A stretch of DNA of 64,000 nt, taken from Bugula neritina (lineage: Eukaryota; Animalia; Bryozoa). The DNA lies in contig OZ037769.1 in assembly GCA_964035545.1 (NCBI GenBank), positions 17,328,633-17,392,632 on the forward strand. The letters are read 5' to 3'. The translations under genes and the position numbers were made by a program. The notes under the pieces are model-generated. The model worked only from the letters and a program-made list of their open reading frames with translations. It did not search any database and was not told the origin of the DNA. Shown here one piece after another: positions 51,601 to 64,000 of the stretch; the first letter of the stretch is position 1, and each line of letters starts with the position of its first letter.

Positions 51601-52557
51601 TAGTAGAGTAAGTAGTGTAAGTTATAATAGTAGAGTAAGTAGTGTAGGTTATAATAGTAGAGTAAGTAGTGTAGGTTATAATAGTAGAGTAAGTAGTGTA
51701 AGTTATAATAGTAGAGTAAGTAGTGTAGGTTATAATAGTAGAGTAAGTAGTGTAGGTTATAATAGTAGAGTAAGTAGTGTAGGTTATAATAGTAGAGTAA
51801 GTAGTGTAGGTTATAATAGTATAGTAAGTAGTGTAGGTTATAATAGTAGAGTAAGTAGTGTAGGTTATAATAGTATAGTAAGTAGTGTAGGTTATAATAG
51901 TAGAGTAAGTAGTGTAAGTTATAATAGTAGAGTAAGTAGTGTAGGTTATAATAGTAGAGTAAGTAGTGTAGGTTATAATAGTAGAGTAAGTAGTGTAGGT
52001 TATAATAGTAAAGTAAGTAGTGTAAGTTACAATAGTAAAGTAAGTAGTGTAAGTTATAATAGTAGAGTAAGTAGTGTAAGTTATAATAGTAGAGTAAGTA
52101 GTGTAAGTTATAATAGTAGAGTAAGTAGTGTAGGTTATAATAGTAAAGTAAGTAGTGTAAGTTATAATAGTAGAGTAAGTAGTGTAAGTTATAATAGTAG
52201 AGTAAGTAGTGTAAGTTATAATAGTAGAGTAAGTAGTGTAAGTTATAATAGTAGAGTAAGTAGTGTAGGTTATAATAGTAGAGTAAGTAGTGTAGGTTAT
52301 AATAGTAGAGTAAGTAGTGTAGGTTATAATAGTAGAGTAAGTAGTGTAGGTTATAATAGTAGAGTAAGTAGTGCAAGTTATAATAGTAGAGTAAGTAGTG
52401 TAAGTTATAATAGTAGAGTAAGTATTAGTAATTAGTTACTTACAGAGCTACCGGAAGTAGTTACAATGACATCTCTATGCACAGCTATACAGTGGATGTC
52501 ACCAGAATGAAGAGGTAGAGTACTTTGCAGTTCCATCACAGTAGTTGAGTCTATCAT
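36660..52557 (-). CDS. WDSUB1: WD repeat, SAM and U-box domain-containing protein 1
   Basis: WD40 exons (~52444-52557, 45011-45145, 44430-44596, 43823-44031, 43499-43714, 42641-42681, 41498-41603), SAM exon ~37859-38132 (WSVEDVCHWLSSLGL...HDIDGSEL) and U-box exons (EFTCPITHEIMKEPVVAS|DGYSYE...SPMTN...PNYNLK). The start exon is less certain. Confidence 0.88.
37078..37670. repeat. 16/18-bp intronic repeat (TAATACTTATGATATGTG)
   Basis: Tandem copies. Confidence 0.9.
38481..38494. promoter_or_regulatory. RFX X-box-like palindrome GTTGCTATGGCAAC
   Basis: One mismatch to the canonical GTTGCCATGGCAAC; ~1.1 kb upstream of the nested transporter ATG. Function untested. Confidence 0.35.
39109..39118. 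promoter_or_regulatory. CLEAR/MiT-TFE-type E-box GTCACGTGAC
   Basis: Exact 10-bp consensus ~435 bp upstream of the SLC46-like ATG. Confidence 0.45.
39554..41011 (+). CDS. SLC46/PCFT-like MFS transporter, single coding exon, nested antisense in a WDSUB1 intron
   Basis: 485-aa ORF with about 12 hydrophobic segments, a Cys-bounded glycosylated first loop (KLC..NTT..C), GSYIDRFG motif A, RSYVSGCVEMNEQG and FNGLYPLT..WPGAMF typical of SLC46. Confidence 0.88.
   Translation: MSPINKFNQLVTVEIITFLFCFTIPIIQFAVQDLLYVKLCLQNENTTDSLCHDRQWINKHKETEGKTSLWIMYINIAIVIPAIISSIFQGSYIDRFGFSLPTRLPLVGITIACGVSAIVALTNVRHELLIVGMVLMGACGHTPAFMMAANAYVVKDASGEKNKTLRLAIVGSCLAIGISAGTAVIGPISDHLGLYWVFLIGLFSSLLALLDSVLRVRPPRHQPPAPHGKHFLTKLKETFELRTMKSYIKVMTRSREHSRRLHMHLMTLVFVISFCALIGVVDVEFLYLTKEKGFTTTQASIFMSVAMLLMFFGKTLGTYVLSSKLGLNLIYITMIGSLSAVINYTGFSLANSFAALWASNVFKMFSGLNSVMTRSYVSGCVEMNEQGTIISFMSVTEAIFKLIASFVFNGLYPLTLTTWPGAMFMVAAVLCVSGIPVLGFIRWHELGTGAKYVIMSEDGQMMVDDNSNSKSDSNSKSDDIEIQTL
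41030..41400. repeat. 15-bp repeat (TAGTATTAGTACTGT) immediately 3' of the transporter stop
   Basis: Tandem copies. Confidence 0.9.
42073..43490. repeat. Cluster of intronic repeats (G-rich 42073-42285; 31-bp 42690-42890; 30-bp 43078-43230; 18-bp 43370-43490)
   Basis: Tandem copies visible in each block. Confidence 0.8.
44019..44396 (-). repeat. 21-bp tandem repeat of a splice acceptor plus exon start (TATTCTAG|GACTATGAGTGTA)
   Basis: The last unit forms the start of the WDSUB1 exon at 44031. Confidence 0.88.
44603..44990. repeat. 12/13-bp intronic repeat (ATAATATACTGT/GAT)
   Basis: Tandem copies. Confidence 0.88.
45237..48364. mobile_element. ~3.1-kb non-autonomous TIR element inserted in a 21-bp minisatellite
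   Basis: Left end ATGTGACCAGTCGCGACAAAACCGGGGATGT matches the reverse complement of the right end, ATGTGACCTGGCACCACAAAGCAAGGGATGT. The array resumes in register (AT TSD, or no TSD if the termini are TATGTGACC). No transposase ORF. Confidence 0.72.
48365..49327. repeat. 21-bp minisatellite (AGTATATACAGTATGTGTGTA); its left part lies at 45153-45236
   Basis: Tandem copies. Confidence 0.92.
49688..51382. repeat. 20-bp minisatellite (GTGTAGTAATATACAGTGAT)
   Basis: About 85 tandem copies with point variants. Confidence 0.95.
51481..52425. repeat. 24-bp minisatellite (GTTATAATAGTAGAGTAAGTAGTGTA-like unit)
   Basis: About 39 tandem copies adjoining the first WDSUB1 donor. Confidence 0.95.
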
Positions 52558-54299
52558 TTCAAAACTCTGTAACACAACAGTGCTTCTCGTAACAGAAAAC
52601 AAGACCTATCGGAGAGAGTAATCTATCTAGGCTCAGAAATCCGCCACTATCTCCCCCCCCCCCCCCCCCGTAAGGAGCTCCCAGACAGTGCGCAACAGGA
52701 AACCCTGCAGGTACAGGCTGGAGTTGTAGGCTATAGCATTGAAGGTGTCAATACGAGTATTCATGTTATCGGTGGAGGATTTCACAGATTGAAGGGTGTT
52801 ATATAGGGTTGGAAATAAACCTTCATTAGCAGTAATATGGCACAACAACAAAATTCCCCATGCTTTCTTAAGGTTTCTAAGTCTAGGTCAAATTTGGCAT
52901 CGTTACTGATACTTCTCTACCCTTCAAATTTTTAATGAACCGCCCTATTTTGAGACCATTCTAATTTTGTTATTAGATTCTTATTGCAAGGGTCCCATAC
53001 CTCAGCAGCATAATAAGATATATTTCGTTTCATCATATTTCTAACTTCAAAGCTAAAGCTCAAGTTAATTTCAGTCTTCAATTTCAGTAGCAACTCAATT
53101 TGATGAATAAAGTGTTATAAAATTAAATAAGAAAATATTATTATATTAATATAATCATAACCATAACCGTAACGATTAAGGCTAATCACTAATGACAATC
53201 CTAAATATTATCATTCAATAAAATAATAATTGTATACACTTACACTTTGACTTACAAGTTACAAGTTACAGAAGACCTATAAGTATAATAATTACTATAA
53301 ACATAGTTAATAAAAATAAAAATAATAAACCAGATGATGAGCTTTAGCCTAAAAATGACTCAGTGTGAGTGTGAGAGCAAGTCTCAGGACCAGGCACTGA
53401 CAATTACAATGACTATGAAAGTCAGAGTGAGGCTGAGAGTCAAAGTCAAAGTGAGAGTGAGAGACTCAGCACGGATTTCCATTCACTAAATAAAAATGCG
53501 AAATAATAATAGAAAAACAGATTTATAGGTAAGACGTATTATTTCAAAATATTACCACTAATTTTTTTAGTAGAAGAACAGACTCATATTCATAAGCAAT
53601 CACAACAGTTGTTGTCACTATTCATCGTTTTAGTAAATCACCAAAGTAAAATAAATGTTTATATAGATCATGTGACAATTGGAATGGATAACGCAACCGA
53701 ATAACAAGTAGCATAGTAACCTCAAGGCAGACTAGGGCGGTGTGGTTACAGTCCCGTTTGGAAATCTGTATAAAAATGCACTTGGGTTATTGCGAAGAAG
53801 CTGACAACTGCAACTTGTATACAGGTCCTTATCACGATTCGTTATCAATCATTAAAGCAAATTTTGTAAGCTCAGGTAGAGATGAGTATGCATAGAGAAA
53901 TTCATAATTTTATTGACTTGAAATGTTTCAACAGTGTTAAAACTTTCAGAAACACATAGTTAATAGCACAAGAATATAATCACCAAATTGCATCAATTCA
54001 AAAACAATTGAGCGCAATTAGAAGAACTAACGCACTTTTCTATTGGATAAAATTGGATCAACTAATATTTCAAACAAAAACATATTTTATTACATATCAA
54101 TATAAATTAATATACGATAATTCTCATATAGTCTTGAGTAAAAATTAAAAAATAACAAGAAATGCAAGATTATCCGATGAGATTGCTACGACCATGTGGA
54201 AGGCACGGTTTCTCATGAGGCAGTACGTGCACCTCGGCCATCTTGACACTAGAGCCTCTCTTTGACATACAGGAACTACCGGAGCAGACTCTAAGTTAT

Positions 54300-57200
54300 T
54301 CAGTCAGCTGAACTATCTTCACTGTCGGAGTAATTACCTGTACACAGGTGAAATAAACTCAACAATGATTCCGTATGATGACTCAACAGTGAACGAATCA
54401 TAGAATAGGAAACCACAACACGCTATAGCTCGATCAATAATTAACTTTTTATAAAATTATATAATAAAATACACATGAAGCTGAACAGGTTGTGTTTTCA
54501 TCTAAAAATATGAAATAAAATAGAAAGTTTCATCTTATTATCAAACAGTGAGCGATACAGCAGTTGTCTCCCCTATGAAAGAAGTAGCAGCATGTCTGGT
54601 GGTAGTTGATAGATAAAGTATATGTGAAGTGTAGTGAAGGATTACCTATTCCAGGGAGGAGTGCGGAAACTCCACTCTGTCTGGTAGTTGCAGGCGTGTC
54701 TACTTCTGATGCTCCTTCAACACACGGAAATATGCAGAACTATGAGTCATGTTAGGGTTATGAGTCGTGTTAGAGTTATGAGTCGTGTTAGAGTTATGAG
54801 TCGTGTTAGAGTTATGAGTCATGTTAGAATTATGAGTCGTGTTAGAGTTATGAGTCATGTTAGAGTTATGAGTCATGTTAGAGTTATGAGTCATGTTAGA
54901 GTTATGAGTCGTGTTAGAGTTATGAGTCATGTTATAGAACATAAAGTATCTGACCTTGACATTTAGTAAAGAGCTAGTAGCCAGAATAGGGCATACAGTA
55001 AGTTCTAGTAATAATATTGTGCTATCAACATCAAGATAATAAAAACATACTTTGAAAAGATATAATAAAAGTAAACTTATATATTATATTTTATTGCGCA
55101 GTCTGATAGCTATAAGCAGAAGACTGGTAACTCACCATTAGATGAATGTCCCTCTAAACTGCTCCTGGGTTTCTTCTCTCTAGCGTCTCCCTTGTCGTCT
55201 GACGAGCTGAATACAACAACAGAAAACAAACTGAGCACATATAGCCTGAGAATATTAGTAAAAACACATTACCTGCAGAGATGTCTAGAGTTAGTGAGCC
55301 ACTGACCTCTTGCGTTTGATCACACCAGCAAGTAGAGATCGCTGACTCTTGGATGTAGTTTGTTGTTGTTTTGCTTTGGGTCTGGCGAGAACCGAGGACA
55401 ACTCCTGTTCTTGTTCTGCCGTGATGTCGCGCACTAGAGATGACTAGAAGAGAGAGTATTACAGGATATAGTATAGAGAGGATAGAAGAGAGAGTATTAC
55501 AGGATATAGTATAGAGAGGATAGAAGAGAGAGTATTACAGGATATAGTATAGAGAGGATAGAAGAGAGAGTATTACAGGATATAGTATAGAGAGGATAGA
55601 AGAGAGAGTATTACAGGATATAGTATAGAGAGGATAGAAGAGAGAGTATTACAGGATATAGTATAGAGATGATAGAAGAGAGAGTATTACAGGATATAGT
55701 ATAGAGAGGATAGAAGAGAGAGTATTACAGGATACAGTATAGAGAGGATAGAAGAGAGAGTATTACAGGATATAGTATAGAGAGGATAGAAGAGAGAGTA
55801 TTACAGGATATAGTATAGAGAGGATAGAAGAGAGAGTATTACAGGATATAGTATAGAGAGGATAGAAGAGAGAGTATTACAGGATACAGTATAGAGAGGA
55901 TAGAAGAGAGAGTATTACAGGATATAGTATAGAGAGGATAGAAGAGAGAGTATTACAGGATACAGTATAGAAAGGATAGAAGAGAGAGTATTACAGGATA
56001 TAGTATAGAGAGGATAGAAGAGAGAGTATTACAGGATATAGTATAGAGAGGATAGAAGAGAGAGTATTACAGGATATAGTATAGAGAGGATAGATAGAAG
56101 AGAGAGTATTACAAGATATAGTATAGAGAGGATAGATAGAAGAGAGAGTATTACAGGATATAGTATAGAGAGGATAGAAGAGAGAGTATTACAGGATATA
56201 GTATAGAGAGGATAGAAGAGAGAGTATTACAGGATATAGTATAGAGAGGATAGAAGAGAGAGTATTACAGGATATAGTATAGAGAGGATAGAAGAGAGAG
56301 TATTACAGGATATAGTATAGAGAGGATAGAAGAGAGAGTATTACAGGATATAGTATAGAGAGGATAGAAGAGAGAGTATTACAGGATATAGTATAGAGAT
56401 GACTAGAAGAGAGAGTATTACAGGATATAGTATAGAGAGGATAGAAGAGAGAGTATTACAGGATATAGTATAGAGAGGATAGAAGAGAGAGTATTACAGG
56501 ATATAGTATAGAGAGGGTAGAAGAGAGAGTATTACAGGATATAGTATAGAGAGGATAGAAGAGAGAGTATTACAGGATATAGTATAGAGAGGATAGAAGA
56601 GAGAGTATTACAGGATATAGTATAGAGAGGATAGAAGAGAAAGTATTACAGGATGTAGTATAGAGAGGATGGAAGAGAGAGTATTACAGGATATAGTATA
56701 GAGAGGATAGAAGAGAGAGTATTACAGGATATAGTATAGAGAGGATAGAAGAGAGAGTATTACAGGATATAGTATGGAGAGGATAGAAGAGAGAGTATTA
56801 CAGGATATAGTATAGAGAGGATAGAAGAGAGAGTATTACAGGATATAGTATAGAGAGGATAGAAGAGAGAGTATTACAGGATATAGTATGGAGAGGATAG
56901 AAGAGAGGGTATTACAGGATATAGTATAGAGAGGATAGAAGAGAGAGTATTACAGGATATAGTATAGAGAGGATAGAAGAGAGAGTATTACAGGATATAG
57001 TATAGAGAGGATAGAAGAGAAAGTATTACAGGATGTAGTATAGAGAGGATGGAAGAGAGAGTATTACAGGATATAGTATAGAGAGGATAGAAGAGAGAGT
57101 ATTACAGGATATAGTATAGAGAGGATAGAAGAGAGAGTATTACAGGATATAGTATGGAGAGGATAGAAGAGAGAGTATTACAGGATATAGTATAGAGAGG

Positions 57201-58809
57201 ATAGAAGAGAGAGTATTACAGGATATAGTATAGAGAGGATAGAAGAGAGAGTATTACAGGATATAGTATAGAGAGGATAGAAGAGAGAGTATTACAGGAT
57301 ATAGTAGAGAGAGGATAGAAGAGAGAGTATTACAGGATATAGTATGGAGAGGATAGAAGAGAGGGTATTACAGGATATAGTATAGAGAGGATAGAAGAGA
57401 GAGTATTACAGGATATAGTATAGAGAGGATAGAAGAGAGAGTATTACAGGATATAGTATAGAGAGGATAGAAGAGAGAGTATTACAGGATATAGTATAGA
57501 GAGGATAGAAGAGAGAGTATTACAGGATATAGTATAGAGAGGATAGAAGAGAGAGTATTACAGGATACAGTATAGAGAGGATAGAAGAGAGAGTATTACA
57601 GGATATAGTATAGAGAGGATAGAAGAGAGAGTATTACAGGATATAGTATAGAGAGGATAGAAGAGAGAGTATTACAGGATATAGTATAGAGAGGATAGAA
57701 GAGAGAGTATTACAGGATATAGTATAGAGAGGATAGAAGAGAGAGTATTACAGGATATAGTATAGAGAGGATAGAAGAGAGAGTATTACAGGATATAGTA
57801 TAGAGAGGATAGAAGAGAGAGTATTACAGGATATAGTATAGAGAGGATAGAAGAGAGAGTATTACAGGATATAGTATAGAGAGGATAGAAGAGAGAGTAT
57901 TACAGGATATAGTAGAGAGAGGATAGAAGAGAGAGTATTACAGGATATAGTATAGAGATGACTAGGTGAGAGAGGTCACCTTATATTCAGCCAATAGGAC
58001 TCTCTCTTCTATTTCTTTCTCTATTTCCTGTTTCTCTTTCAGCTGAGACACTTGCTCGAGGAACTCAATCTCATCATTCTCCAGACCTTTCACCATGTTC
58101 TCTGTATTCATCAACATTACACTCTGTGTACTATTACTATGTATACTCTGTGTACTAGTTACTGATACACTATCACCACTACTATCATACTACTACTTAT
58201 GAACTATGAGGTAGTGATGTCTCATGTATGATAATTACTCAAGCGGTGGGCCTCGTCAAATTCTTCTTGTTTCTTCAGACGGTTGGCTTCCAGTCTTTCA
58301 AATAGACTCCTCGGATCATATTCTTCCTCAGGTGCTTCTGTGAACATCAAGTAGAATAGCATACCATTATATAACATCATGTACTAACGTATATTACTAT
58401 GTAATAGCATATGTTACTCTACATTATTATATATGTTATATAATAATGCATAATATTTCATGTTATCTTGAAAATATAATAAAACATAGTAAAACATAAA
58501 AGTAATTTTATTAAGATTTAAAAGCAAAGTTCTCCCTTGTATCCAATAAACAGATAGATATTATGACCACACATATGCTCACTATAATAACACACAACTG
58601 TAAGTGCTGCCGATATGACCACACATATGCTCACTATAATAACACACAACTGTAAGTGCTGCCTATGCCTTAGTCACAGACTAAGGAGCCGAACCTTCTG
58701 GCTGATCCGGTCGTCTCACTTTCTCCCACTCTTCCTGGCGCTTCTTCTTAGCAGCCTCAATGTCATCCTCAGAAACAAACTTTTTAAAGTTTGGTAGTTG
58801 TGCTTCCAT
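54300..58809 (-). CDS. PSME3IP1: PSME3-interacting protein (FAM192A/NIP30)
   Basis: Seven exons give [46 protein letters not shown]...KNMVKGLENDEIEFL...SQRSLLAGVIKRK...LPGIGNYSDSEDSSAD*. Confidence 0.92.
54740..54935. repeat. 18-bp intronic repeat (TTATGAGTCATGTTAGAG)
   Basis: Tandem copies. Confidence 0.85.
55436..57964. repeat. 33-bp minisatellite forming nearly the whole third PSME3IP1 coding intron
   Basis: About 76 copies of AGAAGAGAGAGTATTACAGGATATAGTATAGAGAGGAT-like unit. Confidence 0.95.
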
Positions 58810-60904
58810 GACCCTGAGAAGGATTTTAGTATAAGAGTTAATAAGAGGACACGTTTATCAATTCTAGATATTAATTATTTAAATTCTAACATAAACAACT
58901 TTTTACATCTAAAAACTAAGCAGCTTAAACTACTAGTATTACTATTACTAAAACTAAATAAAATTCAAACTAATGAAATACTTTTCTGCAAACCATTAGA
59001 CTTGGTGGATAGTCATTACATTTTGATTTACTGACTAGTGATTGATTACTCACCATTTATTGACAATCACAATGTGAATGTTTAGATTTAATAAAACAAT
59101 TAATAAATTGATTCTTTAAATGTCATATTATTGATAATCATCATCATAATCATTATGATTATCATTATAATGATTATTTATTTATTAGAATAATTTAAAT
59201 TTTAATTTAAATTTTAATTTATGATCCGGTTAAAAATTTATACAGTACAAAAAATTTAAGTCGACCAATATAACTTTCTAAAACATTTTTATTATAATAC
59301 TTGCTAGTAAGTAATAACTTTTGGTAACCAGTTCCAATTTGCAACTGGTGACTAGTCACTGGAACTAGCTTACGATCACTGTGATATTCATAAAGATTTT
59401 TACTACTCGAATTGGATTGTTTCTGAAAAATTAAATAAGAAATTAAATTGTGCAACTCGCTAGACTTAAACGAGCCAGTGTTTGCGCCGTATTGTCATTG
59501 TTCAGCGTGAATAGAGGTTGAGCCCGCAATATTTTTGTTCCCTTCTACAATGTAATAAAACTCGCTACCGGAGTCACACGACCAAGTAGTTGGCAGGTCT
59601 GTTTAATAACCTCGTTGTTCAATAATAACATAACAGCGGAAGGGTGCTATTGTATACTCCCGTTAAACGACTATCACCATCACCGAAGAATTCCGGCTTG
59701 ACTGCAGTAGGGTACAGCTAGAAGGAAATTATTAATCTGTCGTAGGTTGGTGCAGCAGACAGCAAATATTCCAGGCTTCGGGTGCAGTGTGAGTATCTGA
59801 TATGGTGATTGCAGCAGATTCACCGACTTGCTGATGTAATTTTGTACTTAAAAAGTATATGATTTCATTTATTTGTTAGTATGGGTGCTAGACGCTAGTG
59901 TGAGACAGTTCAACTTCTAGGCAGATTGTCATTGTATTTGTTGTTTTATCCATTAATTTTAAATTTAATATCATTTTTATATTATTACTATTACAGTAAT
60001 ACGATTAGTATAATAAATATAATTAATAGTAGTTATAGGCATAGTCATAATGATAGTTGTACTATTACTAAATGTATTATTATTTGTATTTATTTGAATA
60101 ACTGTGAGATGTTTTATGAAGAACGAAGAAACACTTTATGATTATCCAATTGCATAACTTAGCTTTACAGTAGTTACATCAATTTTATTGGAGTTTAATT
60201 TATACCTTCTACTTGTTGCTGTAAATGAAGGAACCCTTATCTTGGTCGTTTACCACCTTGTGACGGTCTTCACCTCTCCTTGACATGACATGTTACCTCT
60301 TGTCTATTTATAAACCATGTAGGAGCTTACCATCTATTAGTGATATATTTTCATACCTCCTACAACCAGCTGTTAATGTATTCACACCATAACCTGTGCC
60401 AGTTTGAATAATTCTGGCAATCTTATTCCTTGTGCTATTGATTTATTGTTGAACTCAAACACTTCTAACCCTTGCAATTATTTATACTTGCCAGTGAAAG
60501 GAGGCAATCAAAGTGATTTCACCTCCTAGAATCACACATTCTCTACATAATATGTACTACCTAGAAAATATATTGTATGTATACTATAGGTATGTGTACA
60601 TATTGGATATAATAGCTATTACAGATGCGTGTCACATAATATTAATATATATGTTGCAAAACATGTCAGTATTTCATCAGTAAATGTATTGCAAGTCTAA
60701 ATTAAGTTGTTGAAATGTGAGGGAAATATAGTTCTCCCAAATTTACACATAGATAATATCATTGAGAAATATCTAGTGCCTATATATTATATTTAATTGT
60801 TCTAACGTTCAAAGTATATATATATTATATATATTATATATATTATATATATATATATATATATCATATATATCATATATATCATATATATATATATATA
60901 TTAT

Positions 60905-61057
60905 ATATAATGTAGTGTGTTCAGATTGTTAATGATACATATATATATAACACCTGACGAGTGCAGTTTACTGTACGAAACTATATAGTTGTGTGAGATT
61001 TTTTTAAATAAAAAAATATATATGTATCATTAACAATCTGAACACACTACATTATAT
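60905..61057. repeat. Perfect ~42-bp inverted repeat with ~70-bp spacer (MITE-like or hairpin)
   Basis: ATAATGTAGTGTGTTCAGATTGTTAATGATACATAT ... ATATGTATCATTAACAATCTGAACACACTACATTAT, embedded in TA-rich sequence. Confidence 0.75.
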
Positions 61058-61127
61058 TAGCTCTGTCACCCGTGATATCGAGCACTTTACTTTGCTGGAA
61101 CTCCAACTAGATTGACAATCAGCATAC

Positions 61128-61735
<608 letters not shown>

Positions 61736-62435
61736 GTTAACTCTCACCACAACTTAATGTTCATTTAAGACCTATACTATATAAATGAGATCTCTTGAAG
61801 TCTCAAAGTAAGAATACAGCTTCAACATACTATCTCTGTGAAGATATCATTGTTGTAAGAAGTGCAGAGCTTATAGTTGTATAAAAGCTTTTCCTAGGCT
61901 TGACTTCAGTAGAGGAGATTATCTGGCAATATTGGTATTTTTTGCACTCCAAACACTTTTTACAAAAAAGTATGTAATTGTTTTTCAAAGTGGCTTTCAT
62001 TGTTTTGGTTTTCTGGTATTTCTGTTGTATTGGAATGAAGTATTGTTTTGCTAAGCTTGAGATTACCTTGTCTCATTTGCATGCTGATGAGATGAAAGGG
62101 GTTGTACTGCCTAGTAACATCATCTATACCGTGTTTACTGCTTCTACTTTCTAAATCCTACTAATCTAGTGACTAGAGGTAAAAGTTGCCTCATATCTGT
62201 TTAGGTAATCCCATCAGTTCCATTACGTAGACTGTAGAGTGTTTGAGAATAAACTGCACTCATCAGAACTCAAATTATTTATTATCTAAAACAACATTAA
62301 TCATCATTACTTTGTAATCACTTAAACATTTATTCTATGATTATTATTCACAATCTTAGGATGGTGATTGCCTGCTACAAGCTCTGATAAATCACTTATC
62401 TTGTAGAGTAGAGAGAGTAGAGAGAGTATGCCAGC

Positions 62436-63869
62436 ATGTCTTTCACTGAGAAGAGTAATACCACTAAATCAGCTGGAGACAAGATGGCCGACGTACAACT
62501 CAACACGTCCTATCTGATACCGTTAGTCAGCGCTCTAGGTGGAGTAGTGTTGGTGCTATCTGTAGTGCTGGCTGTCATATTCTGTCGAAGATACACGAGA
62601 AGCAGACGTATGAGAGAAGCAGATGACATCAAGGTGAAGGTCATCAAATCAACTCTCTCTGACAATCATTTGGAGTCTTCAGACCGACTTAGTAGTTTCT
62701 CAAGTTCGTCAACTACAGTAAATGAAGACAGTTCGTTGTCCTTAGGGCGTAGGAATGAGCAGCCCCAGAAGTTAATAAATCATGCCCCAGTTCCCGGGCT
62801 ACATAACATCCCGGTGAGACAGAATTCTTCCCCTGAGAGCCCCAAGTCTCCTTCCTGTGAGTTGATGATTGGAGGAGACGACTACGTGAACGACACGAGT
62901 TTTGCATTGCGCATTGTCCCGCCTCCACCGGACTCTAAATGTCCTTCACCTCCGACACCACCTGACGTGACTGTATCAGACTCGACGGCTGTCTTATCCA
63001 CTCCCGATCTCCCAAGAATCAAGGGTCGGAGGTCAAAAAATGGGCCACTCTCGCCTAGTTTACTCGCTAACAAGGAGGCAACGCTACAGAGAGCTTCCGG
63101 TCTCTTCCGCTCCGACACAAAGGCACACGAGTTCTACACCAAGACTATCACCAACTACGAGATGAACAGAAGTCAGCTGCAGTCTGTTAGGATGATCGGG
63201 AAGGGTCACTTCGGCTGCGTGTATTCTGGGAAGGCGAGTAAAGTGCCGAACTCGAGACAGAGGAATCTGAAGGTGGCCATTAAGACGATGAAAAATTCCT
63301 CCCCGGACAGTGAGAAGCAGGAGTTCCTGTACGAGGTGGAGATAATGAAGTTGGTGACGTCACTCAACCACCCCAACATCATCAAACTCCTGGGCTGCGT
63401 GACTAAGACTCAACCTTACCTCATTGTGCTCGAACTCATGAGTAATGGCAACCTGCAGCGATTTCTCCGCGACACGAAGACAGGGGATGTGTATTACAAC
63501 TTACATGATGATAGTGACAGTATTACTGAGCAACACCTAGTCAAGTTTGCTCTGGACATATCCAAAGGTATGGAGGGAATAGCCGACCTTCAGCTCCTTC
63601 ACCGTGACCTCGCTTGCCGGAACATTCTCATAGACCAGCACTTGACCTGTAAGGTGGCCGACTTTGGGTTTGCCAAAGACGTGCTGAACAAGCCGGAGTA
63701 TCAGAGCAAGTCGGTATTCCAGAGACCCCGCCCCACAAGATGGCTGCCCCCAGAGTCTCTCTTCACCTTCAAACACTCTATTCAAAGTGATGTCTGGTCT
63801 TATGGGGTCGTGTTGTGGGAGATTGTGACGCTAGGCAACCTTCCCTACCCACAGATGAGCTGTAAAGAG
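62436..63869 (+). CDS. Single-pass receptor-type tyrosine kinase with minimal ectodomain (first coding exon; continues beyond the window)
   Basis: TM segment LIPLVSALGGVVLVLSVVLAVIFC followed by RR; GKGHFG, VAIK, HRDLACRN, DFG, RWLPPES, SDVWSYGV. Donor GAG|GTAGGT at 63869/63870. Confidence 0.9.
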
Positions 63870-64000
63870 GTAGGTTCTTAGACTATGTAGTGTAAACAGC
63901 TAAGTTCTTGGTAAGAATGCATAAAATTGATACCTTACTGGGTAATATTGGTCGTGATGGAAATGAGATTTGTTTTGTGTGAATATTTTAAGACCGTACA

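Noticed and set aside
49658-52435. ORFs of 300-600 aa (YYYT/HCILL, SYNSRVSS repeats)
   Set aside because: Translations of stop-free 20- and 24-bp minisatellites, open in several frames, inside a WDSUB1 intron.

Overview
AT-rich, intron-rich animal (invertebrate-like) genomic DNA; not prokaryotic, and no CRISPR, rRNA or tRNA was recognised. By hand-splicing (GT-AG sites, consistent intron phases) I reconstruct nine protein-coding genes. (1) A 12-exon, ~1220-aa gene (2359-10016, +) fusing an N-myristoylation/polybasic leader, LRRs (two tandemly duplicated 144-nt exons), a ROC GTPase-COR unit and a caspase-2-like protease domain with an altered S1 pocket (EVCSG) and no death-fold domain. This is the main candidate for an undescribed single-chain sensor-switch-protease system. 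(2) An uncharacterised minus-strand gene. (3) CCDC86. (4) GTF3C6. (5) NIPSNAP. (6) CCDC42/CFAP73-like. (7) WDSUB1, with (8) an intronless SLC46-like MFS transporter nested antisense in one intron. (9) PSME3IP1/FAM192A. The window ends in the first coding exon of a tenth gene, a receptor tyrosine kinase with almost no ectodomain. Mobile DNA: the 3' end of a Gypsy-like LTR element with an extra zinc-finger ORF, two RTE-type LINE fragments, a 3.7-kb foldback Sola2-like element, a 3.1-kb non-autonomous TIR element and two solo-LTR-like copies. Many introns are filled with minisatellites, several of which are tandem amplifications of the splice junction itself. All gene models and family calls are manual motif recognition and were not checked by database search.
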